From the IMG/VR virus record IMGVR_UViG_3300027708_000015: 64,000 bases of DNA. One strand, given 5' to 3'. The number at the start of each line of letters is the position of its first letter. Position 1 is the first letter of the stretch. Below are positions 52,430 through 63,000 of the stretch, one piece after another. The notes beneath the pieces were generated by a model, which saw nothing but the letters and a program-made list of their open reading frames with translations, made no database searches and was not told the DNA's origin. Origin of the DNA: a virus. Lineage: Duplodnaviria > Caudoviricetes. The position numbers were made by a program, and so were the translations under genes.

Positions 52430-54964
52430 TTAACCGCGAGCTATTTTGAGCCAGCGATTTAGTTCTGCATCAGCTGATTCGGCTTGTTGCATGTAATTGC
52501 CCGACGGACCACCGTCCATTCTCATACCTGATTTTACGTTGCCCGGTAAACTTACAGTACCACTCATATTGACACCTGCTGGTGCTGGATTAGCATTTTG
52601 TTCACTACCTGTTGGTTGAGTACAACCGGCCAACGCCGCGTCCATAACTTCTTGTGCTCGGGCAAGAGCTTGCGCAACTGCCGCATCTTGTACCTCACCG
52701 CCCATCGGCCCACCGCCATTTTCTTTGTTCAATGCAGTCATTTCGTCTTTGATCTGTCTAATTAGATCCATTTGTTCTAGACTACACATAGGTTTAGCAT
52801 CAGGTGCTGGATTAGGATTCACAACTGTGCTGTCTGGTACACAGCTCTTGCCATCTGTGCCTAGTTTGTATCCTGGCGGACATTTGCCATCCGGACCTGG
52901 GGGAATTGTTGTTGTAGTTGTAGTTGTTGTGTTATCGTTTTCGTGTCCACCAGCTAGTAGACCACCTATTCCGATTAAACCTAGCAGTCCGAGAAGGCCT
53001 GTTGACCATTTTGCTCGACCTTTGTTACGTTCCCACCATGTACCAATGGCTTTCTTGTCACCAGTTTTTACAGCGGCATCTAATTCTTTAGCAACAACTG
53101 GACTTACTTCTTTTTCCACTTGAGCAATCACTTTTGGCGCAGCCGTTTTTTCTGCGGCTGTTATTGGGCCAGCACCATTGACATGTATGTTAATTACCGG
53201 ATTGGCATTTTGTGTTATGTTTCCGCCGTTGACTGAAGAACTGCTGTTATTGCTGACGTTATTTCTTACTGTTGGTTCTTTTGGCGCAGGAATCCTTTTC
53301 TCTACTTTAGATATGTTCTTATTCAGCGCCGCCGAAAATGCCGCATCAAACTCTTTCTGGGTCATTTTCATTACATCGGCGGCACCTATGCCTAGCATTT
53401 TTTCGATGAATTTGGCACTAGCGTCACTTCCTGGTACACGTGACGCTTCGTCTAATCTACTCAGACGTTTTTTCAGCTCAGACATCTTTTCAGATTCAGT
53501 TAATGGAACTTGTTTAGCATTATCGAATGCTTCATTGATCTCCATAATTTTACCCATAAAATCTAGTGTTGCTGGATCCAGCTTGCCGGTTTGCGGTAGC
53601 CCTGCTTTGGCCTGACTTTGTTTTATGATGGCTGGATTCATGTTAATAAGTTTATCTACCAATGGCTGTGTAACACCGGTAGTGGCTTTATCGTGAATGG
53701 CCTTGGTTATATCTGCAACCACCGCAGTACCAAAGTTGACTCCAGCGTCGATACCTAAACGAGCCATACCTTTTAGTAAACCGCCGCCCCTTACTAATCC
53801 GTTAGCGACCAGTCCTCCGGGGATAGGTGCGCCAATGGTTCCTGCAATATCACCTACGTCGTAGGCGTTGACTTTGAATGTTTTGTCAGCACCCAGCTTG
53901 TCACCTAACCATGTTTGATATAATGGGTTATTAAATTCAGCGGAGCTTGATTGTGATTTGGCTCTAGCAGTATTGGCCATCTCTTTGCCCAATGCTGTTT
54001 TATAATCTTTCTCAATACCCAATCCTGCTTTGGCACCAGCAAGTATGTTGTCGCCATAACCGAATGTCAACCCGTTGCCAAGCCCTCGAGCGCCTGCTCC
54101 CACATCAGTGGTAAATTGATTCATGCTGTATTCATCTAGATCAGTTTCGTATCCGAAACTTTCTACCAGTGCGTTACCTAGTCCTAAGCTGAATGACTCT
54201 GCCTGTGTTGAGCTGTTGGCATTATTTTGAACATTCGCATTTGCCTGTGTAGCGGATTTTCCAACATTGGGGAACTGTTTGGCAATGTCGGGATATTTTT
54301 GCATTGCGCCAATAGTTTCTGGCCCTAGCTTACCATCTGCATGATATTTGGGCAATGCATTGGGATCCTTTTGTAGGATAGCGTTTTGCATCTTTTGTAC
54401 TTCGGCATCAAATTTCAAGTTGGGTTGTGGCACAGTACCAGTATTAGTACCAGCATTAGGGTCAGCTTGACCAGTTGTACTAGTTGGAGGTGGTTTTACA
54501 ACATCTGGTTGTTTGACCGGATCTGGTTTGGCTACCTTCAGTTTTGATAACAGCTCACCCAGTTTTGCGATATGCTCTTGATTGAATTCACGATGATCTT
54601 CAGCTGTATTGTATTGCGCACTTTGATCACGGATTTGCTTGTCATACGTGTCGCCACTTACGCCACTTATTCTTCCTAGGAAAGATGAACTGTGTGAATT
54701 AGGAGGAATAAGTCCTTTTGATTGAAGTTTCATGTCAACGTCTTTGCTAGGAACACTGCCACGACTACCTGAGCTGGTGACAAATTCACCGTCGACCGGA
54801 TCATACAATCCTGGCAACTGATTCTTAACTGCTAGGTCAGCAATAATTTTTGCTCGAGCATTGGGATCAGTATTTTGCCCAACTGCGGCCTGAACATCTT
54901 TTAGACGAAATTCGTCCAACTGCTCAATACTTTCTAATCTTGTCATTAGGTCTCTAATATTCAT
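52430..54964 (-). CDS. Probable internal virion/ejection protein with two peptidoglycan-binding-like modules and a TM helix
   Basis: EVQKMQNAI...ADGKLGPETIGAM and QSQAKAGLPQTGKLDPATL (PG_binding_1-like); GLGNGLTFGYGD; TM WSTGLLGLLGLIGIGGLLAG; CPPGYKLGTDGKSC; upstream AATAAATA. Confidence 0.6.
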   Translation of the reverse strand: MNIRDLMTRLESIEQLDEFRLKDVQAAVGQNTDPNARAKIIADLAVKNQLPGLYDPVDGEFVTSSGSRGSVPSKDVDMKLQSKGLIPPNSHSSSFLGRISGVSGDTYDKQIRDQSAQYNTAEDHREFNQEHIAKLGELLSKLKVAKPDPVKQPDVVKPPPTSTTGQADPNAGTNTGTVPQPNLKFDAEVQKMQNAILQKDPNALPKYHADGKLGPETIGAMQKYPDIAKQFPNVGKSATQANANVQNNANSSTQAESFSLGLGNALVESFGYETDLDEYSMNQFTTDVGAGARGLGNGLTFGYGDNILAGAKAGLGIEKDYKTALGKEMANTARAKSQSSSAEFNNPLYQTWLGDKLGADKTFKVNAYDVGDIAGTIGAPIPGGLVANGLVRGGGLLKGMARLGIDAGVNFGTAVVADITKAIHDKATTGVTQPLVDKLINMNPAIIKQSQAKAGLPQTGKLDPATLDFMGKIMEINEAFDNAKQVPLTESEKMSELKKRLSRLDEASRVPGSDASAKFIEKMLGIGAADVMKMTQKEFDAAFSAALNKNISKVEKRIPAPKEPTVRNNVSNNSSSSVNGGNITQNANPVINIHVNGAGPITAAEKTAAPKVIAQVEKEVSPVVAKELDAAVKTGDKKAIGTWWERNKGRAKWSTGLLGLLGLIGIGGLLAGGHENDNTTTTTTTTIPPGPDGKCPPGYKLGTDGKSCVPDSTVVNPNPAPDAKPMCSLEQMDLIRQIKDEMTALNKENGGGPMGGEVQDAAVAQALARAQEVMDAALAGCTQPTGSEQNANPAPAGVNMSGTVSLPGNVKSGMRMDGGPSGNYMQQAESADAELNRWLKIARG

Positions 54965-54992
54965 GTCTTTTTCCTATATCGTACAATGTACT

Positions 54993-55000
54993 TATTTATT
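54993..55000 (-). promoter_or_regulatory. T4-like late promoter motif (AATAAATA)
   Basis: Overlaps the upstream stop, ahead of the 844-aa gene. Confidence 0.5.
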
Positions 55001-57065
55001 CTAAGTGTTTACTGATTTGAGAGCGACGCTTGGGAGCTACACCCTTGCCGGTTTGCCTAGCTTGCTTTAGCTGTTCTATCCCGTGTGCTATCTGTGCCGC
55101 ACGTCCGGCCAGTGTTTGCATAACTCCGCCAGTGGTAAATTCCTGCGCGATACGTTGCCATAACAGCAGTTTGCTGGACAAGTCCATGTTCTGCATACTT
55201 TTAACGTCATCAGCCAGTCTAATTATGTCATGGTTGGCCATGTTGATCACAGTTTCCAACGGATGTGTATTGGCTTTGCCGTGGCTAACGTCGGGATTAT
55301 GTACATCTCTATCAGGTTGATCGAACATAGGACTTTCTGTTAATCCATGTTGTTTGTACAAGTGATGCAGTTCGTCATCTGTTGCATGCTCTAGATCGCT
55401 GAGATCTATACCTGCTCGTTTGCTTATACGACGCATCATACGATATCGTTTCATTGGCTCCATAGTGCTTGGCGCTTCCTCTAATCCCAGCTGATCACGA
55501 CCGTCATGATCTAGCACATTGTCCTGTGGACCAGGGCCTGTACTTAATATTTTGGCATGTGATAATTCACGTGTGGTGTATTCGTTGAATGGCATTTCAC
55601 CCTGCAGAGGTAGACTTTGTTGTGATGTAGGCACTGGTGCTTTGAGAAATCCCCTTAATGATCCGGGATCATGTATGATGTCGTTTTCAATAGCGGTGCG
55701 CATTTCGGGAGTACCATGCATGTGATGTGTTATCAGTTTGCCTATTTCGTTTCTCGGGATAGTCAGTTCGTATCCTGTGGGATATTGAACTATTGCTGCC
55801 TGCGATCCTTTTGAATAGGATGCTACTAGATCTTTCCACAAGGCAGAACCAGCTTTGATAACTGCTCCTGCAATAGCACTGCGAGCATCTTCAGCTACGG
55901 TATCTGCTGTATTAGGCACGCCTTTTTTGATATTGTTGAGATGGTTACTGGTTTTTTCATGCCCGGCCAATAGACTTTGAATGTATGCAGATGCAGGATT
56001 ATCAGGATGGTGCAGATTAGCTAGATCATTGTTGGGTGAAGATGCTACTCGAGACCTTGTCGGTAATCCTTTGATATTGGGAATAGCATGCTGTCCAGTC
56101 ATTTGTGCAACAGTTTGTGCAAACGGATTCACAGCTGGCGTCTCGGGCTGACTAGTAGTAGGTGTTGGAACTGTTGCTTTCACAGCACGTGGTGCCGTCG
56201 CCGGTTGAGAGCTAGCAGTAGTTTGTGTTACTGCTCTAGGTTGTGCTGTTGCTGTGGTCTTTGGTTTGGCTTTGGGTTGTGCGGCTACTGCGGCTACTGC
56301 GGGTGATTGGGTTGATGATTGGGTCGGCTCAGCATGTCGCATCTTTTCAGGCTCAACATCGTGTTTATGTTGTTTAGCTATCTCACCTTTTTCAGTGTCA
56401 TGGTGTCGCTCTATCTCTTGTGCCGCTACTGCCGCATCTTGCTGTGTAACTTCGCCACTGGCAACCTTGGCATTTAGATCACGGAATCTTTCCTCAGTAT
56501 TGGCCAGCAGGTCCTGTAGCTGGGTATACATATCCATCTGGCGATCTATAGTTACCTGTTGCTGTTTAGCAGTATCTGCCAGTTCGCTGGCAGCGGCAGC
56601 CATTGCTTCTATATCTCCTTCGTCTCCGGGACTCATCTGATGAGCCTGTTGTAGGAAACGATTTGCCTTAACACTTAATTTATTTGTATTGAGTTTGTGT
56701 CCGTGTTCTTTATCGTCATGGTCACGTTCTTTGAACTCGCGCATCAGTACACGTTCAGCTATAGTTTGACTATACTGTCTTAATAGCTGTTGTTTGTTGG
56801 TTTTTTCTTCTGCAACTTCTTGTTCAACCTCGTGGAAAAACTTACGAATACCGGTATTTGTAAACTTTTTCTTTTCTATTTGGGGAGTTTGCTGATAGTG
56901 TTGCATTGCCATTTGTACTGGCAAAGACACTTTGTGAGGATTAGTTGCTTCGTTGAGAATCTCGACATCGTTTTTATCAATCACTGATAGAAACTTGGCC
57001 ATGCTGTCAGCACCTACTACAGGCTTTGTAGCAACTCCATCCATCGCCTGTAGTATGCGCTTCAT
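54996..57065 (-). CDS. Probable internal head protein with coiled coil and P/T/A/Q-rich linker
   Basis: MKRILQAMDG start (ATG at 57065; the track uses GTG 57071); repeated [ILVMF]xE sites. Confidence 0.55.
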   Translation of the reverse strand: MKRILQAMDGVATKPVVGADSMAKFLSVIDKNDVEILNEATNPHKVSLPVQMAMQHYQQTPQIEKKKFTNTGIRKFFHEVEQEVAEEKTNKQQLLRQYSQTIAERVLMREFKERDHDDKEHGHKLNTNKLSVKANRFLQQAHQMSPGDEGDIEAMAAAASELADTAKQQQVTIDRQMDMYTQLQDLLANTEERFRDLNAKVASGEVTQQDAAVAAQEIERHHDTEKGEIAKQHKHDVEPEKMRHAEPTQSSTQSPAVAAVAAQPKAKPKTTATAQPRAVTQTTASSQPATAPRAVKATVPTPTTSQPETPAVNPFAQTVAQMTGQHAIPNIKGLPTRSRVASSPNNDLANLHHPDNPASAYIQSLLAGHEKTSNHLNNIKKGVPNTADTVAEDARSAIAGAVIKAGSALWKDLVASYSKGSQAAIVQYPTGYELTIPRNEIGKLITHHMHGTPEMRTAIENDIIHDPGSLRGFLKAPVPTSQQSLPLQGEMPFNEYTTRELSHAKILSTGPGPQDNVLDHDGRDQLGLEEAPSTMEPMKRYRMMRRISKRAGIDLSDLEHATDDELHHLYKQHGLTESPMFDQPDRDVHNPDVSHGKANTHPLETVINMANHDIIRLADDVKSMQNMDLSSKLLLWQRIAQEFTTGGVMQTLAGRAAQIAHGIEQLKQARQTGKGVAPKRRSQISKHLE

Positions 57066-57077
57066 GTCCACGGAGGA

Positions 57078-58724
57078 TTACCCCAATAGACGTTGTGTCA
57101 ATGCACGGATTTGATCAACTTCGCGGTTTTCAACTAGAGCTGGAGTTTCATTACGATTTAAACGAGCCAGTTGTTCTTGCATGCGAGTAAAATCTGTTGA
57201 CTCTGGAATTGGCTTTCCTGGTTTAACTGGTAGGGTTTTACCGCCTACATTCATTGTGGTGTCGCCATTTTCACGAGCGGCTTTCAACTTACCGGTCAAC
57301 TCATTGCCGCCTTCGTCGGCCATCTTGTCGCCTTTGGACAACTTGTCTTTCTTTTCAATAGCTTTCTTCTCGGCCATGTAAGCTGTAGTTTCTTTGATAT
57401 TCTTCCACATAGCGGCAGCGGCAATCTTCTTGCCTTTTTCACCACCGCCTGCACTCTTGGCCACTTTGTCAAAACTCTTACCTGGTTTGCCGATGTCACC
57501 ACCTGCTTTAGCTTTTTTAACTACTGCTGATTTCTTAGCGGCACTTAGACCTGCACTTGGCTTACCTTCTGCCATTGGTGCTGGCATCATTGATGGACTG
57601 CACTCATACATCTGTCCACCTTGGATAGCTGGGTGGCTGTGATAGCATTCACCCATTGCACCGTGACTAATCTTTCCACCACACTTTTGGCACTCATCTT
57701 TGTGATGTTTCATCAAATCAATATTGCCTGCTTTATGATGTTTGGAATATTCACTAGCATGATGATGAGCCAGTTCAGCTGGACTCATGTCTTCCTTTAG
57801 CTTCTTTTTGGTCAAATCATTTTTGCCCTTGCCATCTGCCGCAAATGCTGGCACACTTTTGCCATTGACTTTCTTCATTGGCATGCTGCCTTCTGGGATC
57901 AATTCATCATCACTGCTTTTGTTCATGCGTTTGATGGCGGCTTGCGTGGCCTTCATCTTGGTATGGTATGCTTCTGCTTTGGCAACTGCCGATGGGTGCG
58001 CACGATCTCTTGCAGGAGCTTTGGCCACATGACCTTCTCCACCGCAATGTGGGCATGGCTCTGACATGCCTTCACCTAGATCTTTGTCTTTGCTGGCACC
58101 GTGACCTTTGAAGCTGTCTGAATATTGTTTTTCGTGACGTTTGCTGTCGTCTTTGTTGTTGAGTTTGGTCACTTTGCCGCCTTTGGCAGTTTTATAAGTG
58201 TCACCTTCTTTGGCACGATTGTCAAAATCATCTTTGTTATCGTGTTCTTTGCCTTCTTTCATATCGTCACATGTGCATTTCTTAGCTGGTTTATGACAGC
58301 CTGAACATGTACTTTCCATCTTCATTTTTTCAGCTTGAGTCTTTTTAAGGTCTTTCATTTTATCTTTGGCTTCACTCAATAGATTGATAAGATGATTTCG
58401 TTGGCCTTCACTTAGAGTGTGCATGGTTTCAGCATCGCTTAGATGTTTGCTGTAGTCATTGAATTTCATTTCGTACTCAAGATAGTGATATACTGATGCA
58501 ATATAGTCAGCTGCCTTGGTTACCTTAGCTTGAACCCATGATTCTAATTGATCATCATCATGAAGCTGTTCGAACAACTTTTTACTGTAGCTCGCTAGTT
58601 TGTATAGATCTGCTTTAGCCATTTTACCCTGTTGCTCCTTTTCTTCTGGTGATAATTCTAAATGATGATTTGCAACATCATCTTGACCGCCCATTGCTGG
58701 GTCCATATTATCTAAATCTGCCAT
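57078..58724 (-). CDS. Probable internal head polyprotein (Lys/His-rich, many [ILM]xE sites)
   Basis: GKMAKADL...WVQAKVTKAADYIASVYHYLEYE module, K-rich peptides, CxxC knuckles; upstream GCTAAATA. Confidence 0.6.
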   Translation of the reverse strand: MADLDNMDPAMGGQDDVANHHLELSPEEKEQQGKMAKADLYKLASYSKKLFEQLHDDDQLESWVQAKVTKAADYIASVYHYLEYEMKFNDYSKHLSDAETMHTLSEGQRNHLINLLSEAKDKMKDLKKTQAEKMKMESTCSGCHKPAKKCTCDDMKEGKEHDNKDDFDNRAKEGDTYKTAKGGKVTKLNNKDDSKRHEKQYSDSFKGHGASKDKDLGEGMSEPCPHCGGEGHVAKAPARDRAHPSAVAKAEAYHTKMKATQAAIKRMNKSSDDELIPEGSMPMKKVNGKSVPAFAADGKGKNDLTKKKLKEDMSPAELAHHHASEYSKHHKAGNIDLMKHHKDECQKCGGKISHGAMGECYHSHPAIQGGQMYECSPSMMPAPMAEGKPSAGLSAAKKSAVVKKAKAGGDIGKPGKSFDKVAKSAGGGEKGKKIAAAAMWKNIKETTAYMAEKKAIEKKDKLSKGDKMADEGGNELTGKLKAARENGDTTMNVGGKTLPVKPGKPIPESTDFTRMQEQLARLNRNETPALVENREVDQIRALTQRLLG

Positions 58725-58749
58725 GTTAAACTCCGTGTTTATCTTTATG

Positions 58750-58757
58750 TATTTAGC
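58750..58757 (-). promoter_or_regulatory. T4-like late promoter motif (GCTAAATA)
   Basis: Overlaps the upstream stop, ahead of the 548-aa gene. Confidence 0.55.
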
Positions 58758-58974
58758 GTCGTTTGATGATCGCTGCCTTCTTACCGGGCTTGCTCTTTAT
58801 GTTTTCCATAGGTGCGCCAAACAAACTTACTTCGTCTTGATCCAATGCGTTAACGCTTTTTACCGGCTTATTATTGGCATTGTTAGCATAATCTGGGTTG
58901 ACCACGGTGGCTATGTTGGCACTACTGGTAGCACCCATACTGGCTGATTCATCTATTATTTCTTTGAATCTCAT
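58753..58974 (-). CDS. Small probable internal head protein
   Basis: MRFKEIIDE N-terminus followed by SASMGATSSANIAT. Confidence 0.6.
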   Translation of the reverse strand: MRFKEIIDESASMGATSSANIATVVNPDYANNANNKPVKSVNALDQDEVSLFGAPMENIKSKPGKKAAIIKRR

Positions 58975-59201
58975 CGCTTTCTTCCTCTAAACCCAGGACC
59001 TATTGCTGTTTCGCCGCCCATGAATTTGGGCAAACTGAACCATAGTTTAAACCATTCTTCTGTACCGGGTTGTATGTTTTGTTCACGTTCGATAATCTTT
59101 TTTTCTGTACCAGTTATGCTGATGTTACTGCCGCCATAAGGTTTCAAACCTGCATATTCTGTTATGCCTGCCAGTTTCCTAAGACGTGCTAGGTCATCCA
59201 T
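58971..59201 (-). CDS. Small probable internal head protein (start MDDLARL)
   Basis: ATG overlaps the dps stop (TAATG); LARLRKLAGITE motif. Confidence 0.6.
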   Translation of the reverse strand: MDDLARLRKLAGITEYAGLKPYGGSNISITGTEKKIIEREQNIQPGTEEWFKLWFSLPKFMGGETAIGPGFRGRKR

Positions 59202-59644
59202 TACTTCAAACTCGAGCGTAGCATCCAACTGTGCTTCTTGTGTGCATCTTGTCGATCAGCTAGAAAATTACTCAGTCCGTGATCTCCGTGTGCTTCAGCC
59301 ATATCAAATGTTATACGGAATATCTCCGCCATTTTTTCGCTGTCTGTTAGCAATTCTTGTAGCATACCCGTCCAGTCTGGCACATGATTTTCATCTTCCA
59401 CTGCTGTAAGCAGACTAAATCTTTGTAGGCTAGCAGGTGTGTAAACTTGCAGTGCTCGTAGATGCTCGGCAAATGGATCTATAGCACCGTATACTTCTTC
59501 ATATATGGTCTGAAACAATTCATGCAGTTGGCCAAACAACGGTCCTTCCACATTCCAGTGGAAGTTGTGTGCTTTTAGATAGAAACTAAATTCACTGGCA
59601 AATGCTGTTTTCAAACTCAAATGATATTTGTTATCGTCTTCCAT
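59201..59644 (-). CDS. dps: Dps / ferritin-like DNA protection protein
   Basis: YLKAHNFHWNVEG..F..LHELFQTIYEE...DPFAEHLRAL ferroxidase signature; HKKHSWML C-terminus. Confidence 0.93.
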   Translation of the reverse strand: MEDDNKYHLSLKTAFASEFSFYLKAHNFHWNVEGPLFGQLHELFQTIYEEVYGAIDPFAEHLRALQVYTPASLQRFSLLTAVEDENHVPDWTGMLQELLTDSEKMAEIFRITFDMAEAHGDHGLSNFLADRQDAHKKHSWMLRSSLK

Positions 59645-60060
59645 TATACACCGTATCTATTCTTTTTCTTTTGGGCCACAATGCTAGTAGTATTTGTTTC
59701 TTTTGGCTCTTGGCTACCTTTTTTAGTAATAGCTTTCAATTTAACACCCAGTGCTTTGGCACTGTGATTGATCATATCAGTGTCTACTTCGGTAAATTGC
59801 GTTAGAACCATTTCGTTAGAGGCATAGCCTTGATGCTCTGATTGATTGTGCGGACTGCCGGCCATGTGTACACCCAAACGATACATGTCATAGTAGTGAC
59901 CAGGCCAATCTGGTATTGATACCATACCGGGTATAGCGGCTTCGTGGTGATCGTGTATTTTATTGCGTTTGCCGTTGTGAACATGTCCGGGGTGAGTACC
60001 GCTTCCGTCTGTTACACCGCCGTCATCCTCTTTGAGTATTATAAATTCTTTTGCTCGCAT
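59644..60060 (-). CDS. Small probable internal head protein, paralogue of the C-terminal module of 60060-63377
   Basis: MRAKEFI...GSQEPKETNTTS...KKNRYGV versus MRAKEFL...KSQEPKDTNKTS...KRNRYGV. Confidence 0.65.
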   Translation of the reverse strand: MRAKEFIILKEDDGGVTDGSGTHPGHVHNGKRNKIHDHHEAAIPGMVSIPDWPGHYYDMYRLGVHMAGSPHNQSEHQGYASNEMVLTQFTEVDTDMINHSAKALGVKLKAITKKGSQEPKETNTTSIVAQKKKNRYGV

Positions 60061-63000
60061 TATACACCATACCTATTGCGCTTGGGCTTGTTTACAGGAC
60101 TAGTTTTATTCGTATCCTTGGGTTCTTGACTCTTGCCGCGTTTATCTAATTCTCCAGCATCACTTGGAATCGTAGCAAGAGCTTGGTACATCATCATCTG
60201 CTCTTCATCTGTGTATGGAAAAGCCACATTGTATTTTTCAACAAAACTACTGGCCGGCATATCTACAGCTTTTTTGCTCTTGCCATCGGCCATAGCAGCC
60301 GCCATCATAATACGATTTAGATGATATGTGCGATCATACCCGCCCACATCTCGCATCAAAACGCCACCGCCCTGCCCAGCATCAACTGCATGGTCGTGAC
60401 GGTTATCGGTAGGCTTTGTACTTAATTCTGCTAAAAACTCTTTTGCTCGCATTTTTCTAATCCAGCTGTTGGCTTCTTTTATATTTAGCGGATCTGCAGG
60501 CGGCTGTTCTTGTTTGTCGTGTAGTCCCATACCTTGTCTGGTTAGATTCATCAAGTGCTCAATCCATTCTTTACCTAATTTTGCCTCATCAAATCCGTGT
60601 TTCCAAATTTGATATTGTTGTTCGGGAGTACCTGATTTCAATGCGTTTCTTAAATTACTAAAACTTATACCAGTTCCCCCTGCAGCCTCGTCACGCTCTG
60701 TGATATACGGAGTTACTTTCACATGTTCATAGCCTTGGAATTTATTAACAGCCTTCATCAGGGCCGCAGCCATATTTGTTGCCATTTTAGCGCGATCTTT
60801 GCCCACTGCGATAACAATATTATCATAACGCGGGGATTTTCCTGGCAAAGGATTAATTAGTTCATGTTTGATTTTTTGTATTAATGCACCACCCTGTATC
60901 ACTGTACCTATGTTGTTTGCATATTCTGGATACAGTTTATGCCATGTTTGTACTTTTACTGCTGGGGGAATAGGATCATCTTTGCCTTCAGCATTGCCAA
61001 TAAACAAATAAGGATCCCCTCCCAATGATTTAGCCAAGGTAACAGTGTGATTCCATAATTGTTCATGCCCTTTATGCCCAACAAAACTGCCAACAGCAAC
61101 TACCGCAGTTTTGACATTGCCTCTCGGACGTTCTGTACGAGCGCTGGCCTTGGCAGCATTTTTACCTGCAATGACTGCACGTTGCTCAGCACTGGTAACT
61201 TTGATAGGGCCTAATCTGCTGTTGATAACTATACCTTCGTAGTCTTGCCCTAATAGGTCTTTGCCTAAAATGTTGGGATCGTTAATGATAGCCTTTTCTA
61301 ATTCCAATGCAATCGGCTGTAGAATTTCTTTGGCTTCACGTTTTAGTGCCAGTTTGCCGCTGGACAGCATCGCTTTGATCTGTTCAATGTTTTCCATCGG
61401 CGGAACAATAGCAGTAACATCCAATGCTTGGCTTTGTGTTAAACTGTTGTTAATAAACATCACACTGCCTTGTTGTCCAAGCCCTGTTAATTTCTTAACC
61501 ACTTGGTTGCTATCGGGCAGTGCTTCCCCGGTTGATGCATCGCTGACATGGAAAGGAACAAGCGCCAGCTGTATACCGTCTGGCAATCGATCATATTCGA
61601 TACCTACAAATCTCAATTTACCTTCTGGAGTTTCTGTAGCAAATGGCAGAAATAATACTTCGCAGGTCACTTGCTTGTTGACTAAAAAATCTTGCCCTAA
61701 TTTACTGTCAACTAGCTCAACTGCTTTCATCATTTCGTTAAACAAATCATCAAACATTTTTGCACGGCCCAGTATGTCCGTATCTTGTGTGCCTTTTTCT
61801 TGATGATACTTTAAGAATGTTGCTTCATAGCGCGGAGGAGTTCGACTAGTACCCATAAAAGGTTTGCCATCTGAATTTTTACCAAATCGACCACCGAAGC
61901 CGTCTACTTTTACATTCAATGGAATATTTTGCAATTTAAAGTTTCCGTTGCCGTCGTGAATCTCATCTAGGAGATCTAACAAATCCATTGGTTTTAAATC
62001 ACGAAGATGTGGCATGCCTTTACGCAGTTGTGCCTGTACTTCTGCTTCGTTCAACTGTTGCCCACCGTGCCAATCTGGCCAAGTACCATTGGCTACAGCA
62101 ATCTTTCTTTCACGACCATACTGTATCTTTTTACCTGCTTGATCTGGTCTAGGTTTATATTGGCGTTTAAAGTTTTCTAAGTCTAAATAATCTCCCTCGT
62201 ATTCTCTAGCCATTTCAACAGCCATGGGCCTTAGATTTGTTAGTTTTAGTTTTTCTAACATCTGATCAATAGCGGCGAATTTGATATCCCCATCAGCCTT
62301 AGGATCGTCGCGTTCGATCATTTGACTACCGGGCTCGAAACATATTTCAAAGAAACGTTGCATGGTTTCTTGTTTTTGTCTTTCAGTTAGGTATTTGCCT
62401 ACTAGATCAACAGTGCCTAAAAAAGTCCATTGTAGTTTGCTATCTTCCGGAGTAGGCTCGTGACCAAATAGTTTTGCAAACTGACTTTGCAAATTTTGAT
62501 CGTATGGTCTATCTTTAACTTCAACAGGCTTTACTACCGGCAGTTCCTCTTTGGAATTATCTGGATGCGGCAAATGTCGTTGTTCACCAGTCTTTTCATC
62601 GTTAACTGGCCCATATGGCTCACTTAGTCCGCCGCCTTGTTTACCCGATACACCGAATGAATATTTTTGAACCCAGTCCGGAGCTACAACGTCGACCTTG
62701 TTCTTGCCTCTTCCGGTACCAGTTTGCACTTGAGCATGTATTTTTATAGCACCAGCTAGGGCTCTATAGAGATATTTGTGGAACACACCTTTGATACCAG
62801 CTGTCAAGTCACTCCACTCTGAGCTGTGACTAAATCTAAACCAATCAGTGGGTTTACCATCTTGGTACTCGCCGAACTCAAAATCTATCTGTATTTTTAT
62901 TGGAGGATTACTAAACTGAAATAGACCATTATACTGTTCGTTACCACTACCAAACCCTAAAAATACAGTATCACCAATTTGTTTATTTGTGTGGCTTGTT

